IMG/VR virus record: IMGVR_UViG_3300023184_000076
Location: 64,001 to 83,264 of that record
Source: a virus
Taxonomy: Duplodnaviria; Heunggongvirae; Uroviricota; Caudoviricetes
DNA length: 19,264 bases
Reading direction: 5' to 3' (one strand)
The stretch's first letter is position 1. Every line of letters begins with the position of its first letter. The notes under the pieces were generated by a model. That model worked only from the letters and a program-made list of their open reading frames with translations, did not search any database and was not told where the DNA came from. A program made the position numbers and the translations under genes. Of the stretch, positions 18,396 to 19,264 are shown piece by piece.

Positions 18396-18854
18396 TTAAA
18401 TATTGATAATAACAAAATCACTACTTTCAAAGGCTTGATTTGTGACCTTATAGTCTATTTTAATTTTTGCGGTATGTTCTTTTTCACTTATACCTTGTAC
18501 TTTAAATTCTCTTTCTCCATCAGGATTAATAAAAGTACCCTTATCCTCTTCACCTAAAGAAGCGTCGGTAATTGATATGTTAGTTATTTGTACACCTGGC
18601 ATATATTTCTCAACCGAATCCCTGATTTCACCTTCTATTTCACTAAATGTAGGTCCATCAAGAGGCTCAAAAATATACTCATACAACCTTGTTCCAAAAT
18701 CAGGAAGATAATATCTATACCCTTTTCTAGTTAACAATAAATGAATTAAATTACTTCTTACTTCTTCTTCAGTTGTATCAGAAATATCTAAATATTTACC
18801 AACGTAAGATTCTCTAAAAGGAAAATTTATTCCGTATGTTATTCCATTTGCCAT
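18396..18854 (-). CDS. Baseplate wedge / sheath-initiator protein, T4 gp25 / P2 gpW-like (152 aa)
   Basis: EEVRSNLIHLLLTRKGYRYYLPDFGTRLYEYIFEP...EIRDSVEKYMPGVQITNISI matches the I..IL.T..GER...P.FG..L...LFE signature of gp25/gpW. Confidence 0.9.
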   Translation of the reverse strand: MANGITYGINFPFRESYVGKYLDISDTTEEEVRSNLIHLLLTRKGYRYYLPDFGTRLYEYIFEPLDGPTFSEIEGEIRDSVEKYMPGVQITNISITDASLGEEDKGTFINPDGEREFKVQGISEKEHTAKIKIDYKVTNQAFESSDFVIINI

Positions 18855-18866
18855 ATCTAATAAATA
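18854..18866 (-). promoter_or_regulatory. Candidate late promoter TATTTATTAGATA abutting the gp25-like start codon
   Basis: Minus strand reads TATTTATTAGAT-ATG; 13-mer identical to 7282..7294. A second TATTTAT core lies at 18886..18892. Both are downstream of the nrdA terminator. Confidence 0.5.
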
Positions 18867-18900
18867 TAGTATCTATGTGTTTTGAATAAATACATATAAA

Positions 18901-18928
18901 ATAAAAAATCACGACCTAAGCCGTGATT
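18901..18928 (-). terminator. Rho-independent terminator of nrdA
   Basis: Minus strand AATCACGGC-TTAG-GTCGTGATT-TTTTAT: 9-bp stem with one G.U pair, 4-nt loop and U-tract, 24 nt after the TAG stop. Confidence 0.8.
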
Positions 18929-18952
18929 CCCTATCGTGATACACGATTCATC

Positions 18953-19264
18953 CTAAGATGAACATCCGAAACATTCAAACTCTGAACTATCAGGTTTTTG
19001 TGGTAAATCCATGTTAGAAAAGTCTACTTTTGGTGTTTCAACTTTTTTAATTGGTTCTCTCTTTGTCATATCCAACGCCAAGTGTTTTGCTCCTGTTGAA
19101 ATTGCCTTTGTTCTAACGTAGTAACAAAGTGTCTTCAATCCTTTCTCCCAAGAGTGGAAGTGTGATGAGGTAATCTTTGACAATGTTGGGTTTGACATAT
19201 AGATATTCATTGATTGTGATTGATCAATAAATGGTGCTCTGTCTGCCGCCATGTTGATAAGTTC
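18953..19264 (-). CDS. nrdA: Ribonucleoside-diphosphate reductase class Ia alpha subunit, C-terminal fragment (5' part outside window)
   Basis: ELINMAADRAPFIDQSQSMN...KITSSHFHSWEKGLKTLCYYVRTK...ECFGCSS matches MAADRGAFIDQSQSLN, WxxGLKTxxYYxRT and the C-terminal CxxC shuttle of the eukaryote-like/Bacteroidota NrdA type. The frame is open to the window end. Confidence 0.93.
   Translation of the reverse strand, partial: ELINMAADRAPFIDQSQSMNIYMSNPTLSKITSSHFHSWEKGLKTLCYYVRTKAISTGAKHLALDMTKREPIKKVETPKVDFSNMDLPQKPDSSEFECFGCSS

Larger units (their letters stand above)
630..18854 (-). other. Contractile-tail phage baseplate and appendage gene module
   Basis: gp25-, gp6- and gp7-like genes in one co-oriented, tightly packed cluster, flanked by nrdA and a glycosyltransferase. 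Confidence 0.82.

Noticed and set aside
2503-18557. Short ORFs in the track that overlap the long genes (e.g. 2503..2778, 4553..4789, 6348..6563, 8992..9195, 9107..9346, 10149..11028, 15206..15472, 17347..18557)
   Set aside because: All are nested in or antisense to long, coherent minus-strand genes and show no recognisable motifs.
3323-18854. Bacterial extracellular contractile injection system (Afp/PVC/BIS) or T6SS locus
   Set aside because: gp25/gp6/gp7 homologues occur there too, but the adjacent nrdA, the T4-like gp6 N-terminus and the lack of Afp15-type ATPase or Tss genes in view favour a phage. Not fully excluded without flanking sequence.
18953-18955. Stop-codon reassignment (TAG or TGA) as in some large phages
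   Set aside because: TAG falls exactly after the conserved CxxCSS end of NrdA, TGA ends the gp6-like gene, and long ORFs are intact under the standard code.
19250-19252. ORF-track start codon for the 99-aa ORF
   Set aside because: This is an internal Met of NrdA; the frame continues (ELIN) to the window edge.
18953-19264. Eukaryotic or giant-virus (NCLDV) origin suggested by eukaryote-like NrdA and plant-like GT
   Set aside because: Contractile-tail baseplate genes, operon-style overlaps and a bacterial intrinsic terminator indicate a bacteriophage; this NrdA type also occurs in Bacteroidota.

Overview
AT-rich window in which every supportable gene lies on the minus strand. It is best read as the baseplate/tail-appendage module of a large myovirus-type phage, with a Bacteroidota host inferred from SprB repeats, the type of ribonucleotide reductase, and the absence of Shine-Dalgarno motifs. 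In transcription order (right to left): 3' end of a class Ia ribonucleotide reductase alpha subunit and its intrinsic terminator; a gp25-like and a gp6/baseplate-J-like wedge gene; five uncharacterised putative structural genes (1824, 577, 269, 392, 301 aa); a gp7/P2-gpI-like wedge gene (1005 aa); an 897-aa SprB-repeat protein with a strict (X-Thr)33 stalk; and a glycosyltransferase (1..576, runs off the window, absent from the ORF track) whose motifs resemble plant peptide O-glycosyltransferases (GT96 SERGT1 / GT95 HPAT). The main hypothesis is a phage-encoded virion protein O-glycosylation system: the enzyme sits beside a mucin-like Thr/Pro stalk, and neighbouring structural proteins are enriched in an [S/T]-G-x-[S/T] motif. 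Other observations are a ~120-aa domain shared by the gp7-like protein and the SprB fibre, a multi-pass hydrophobic segment inside the 1824-aa protein, and a repeated TATTTAT promoter-like motif. All family assignments are from motif recognition by eye; no database searches were run, and counts are hand counts.
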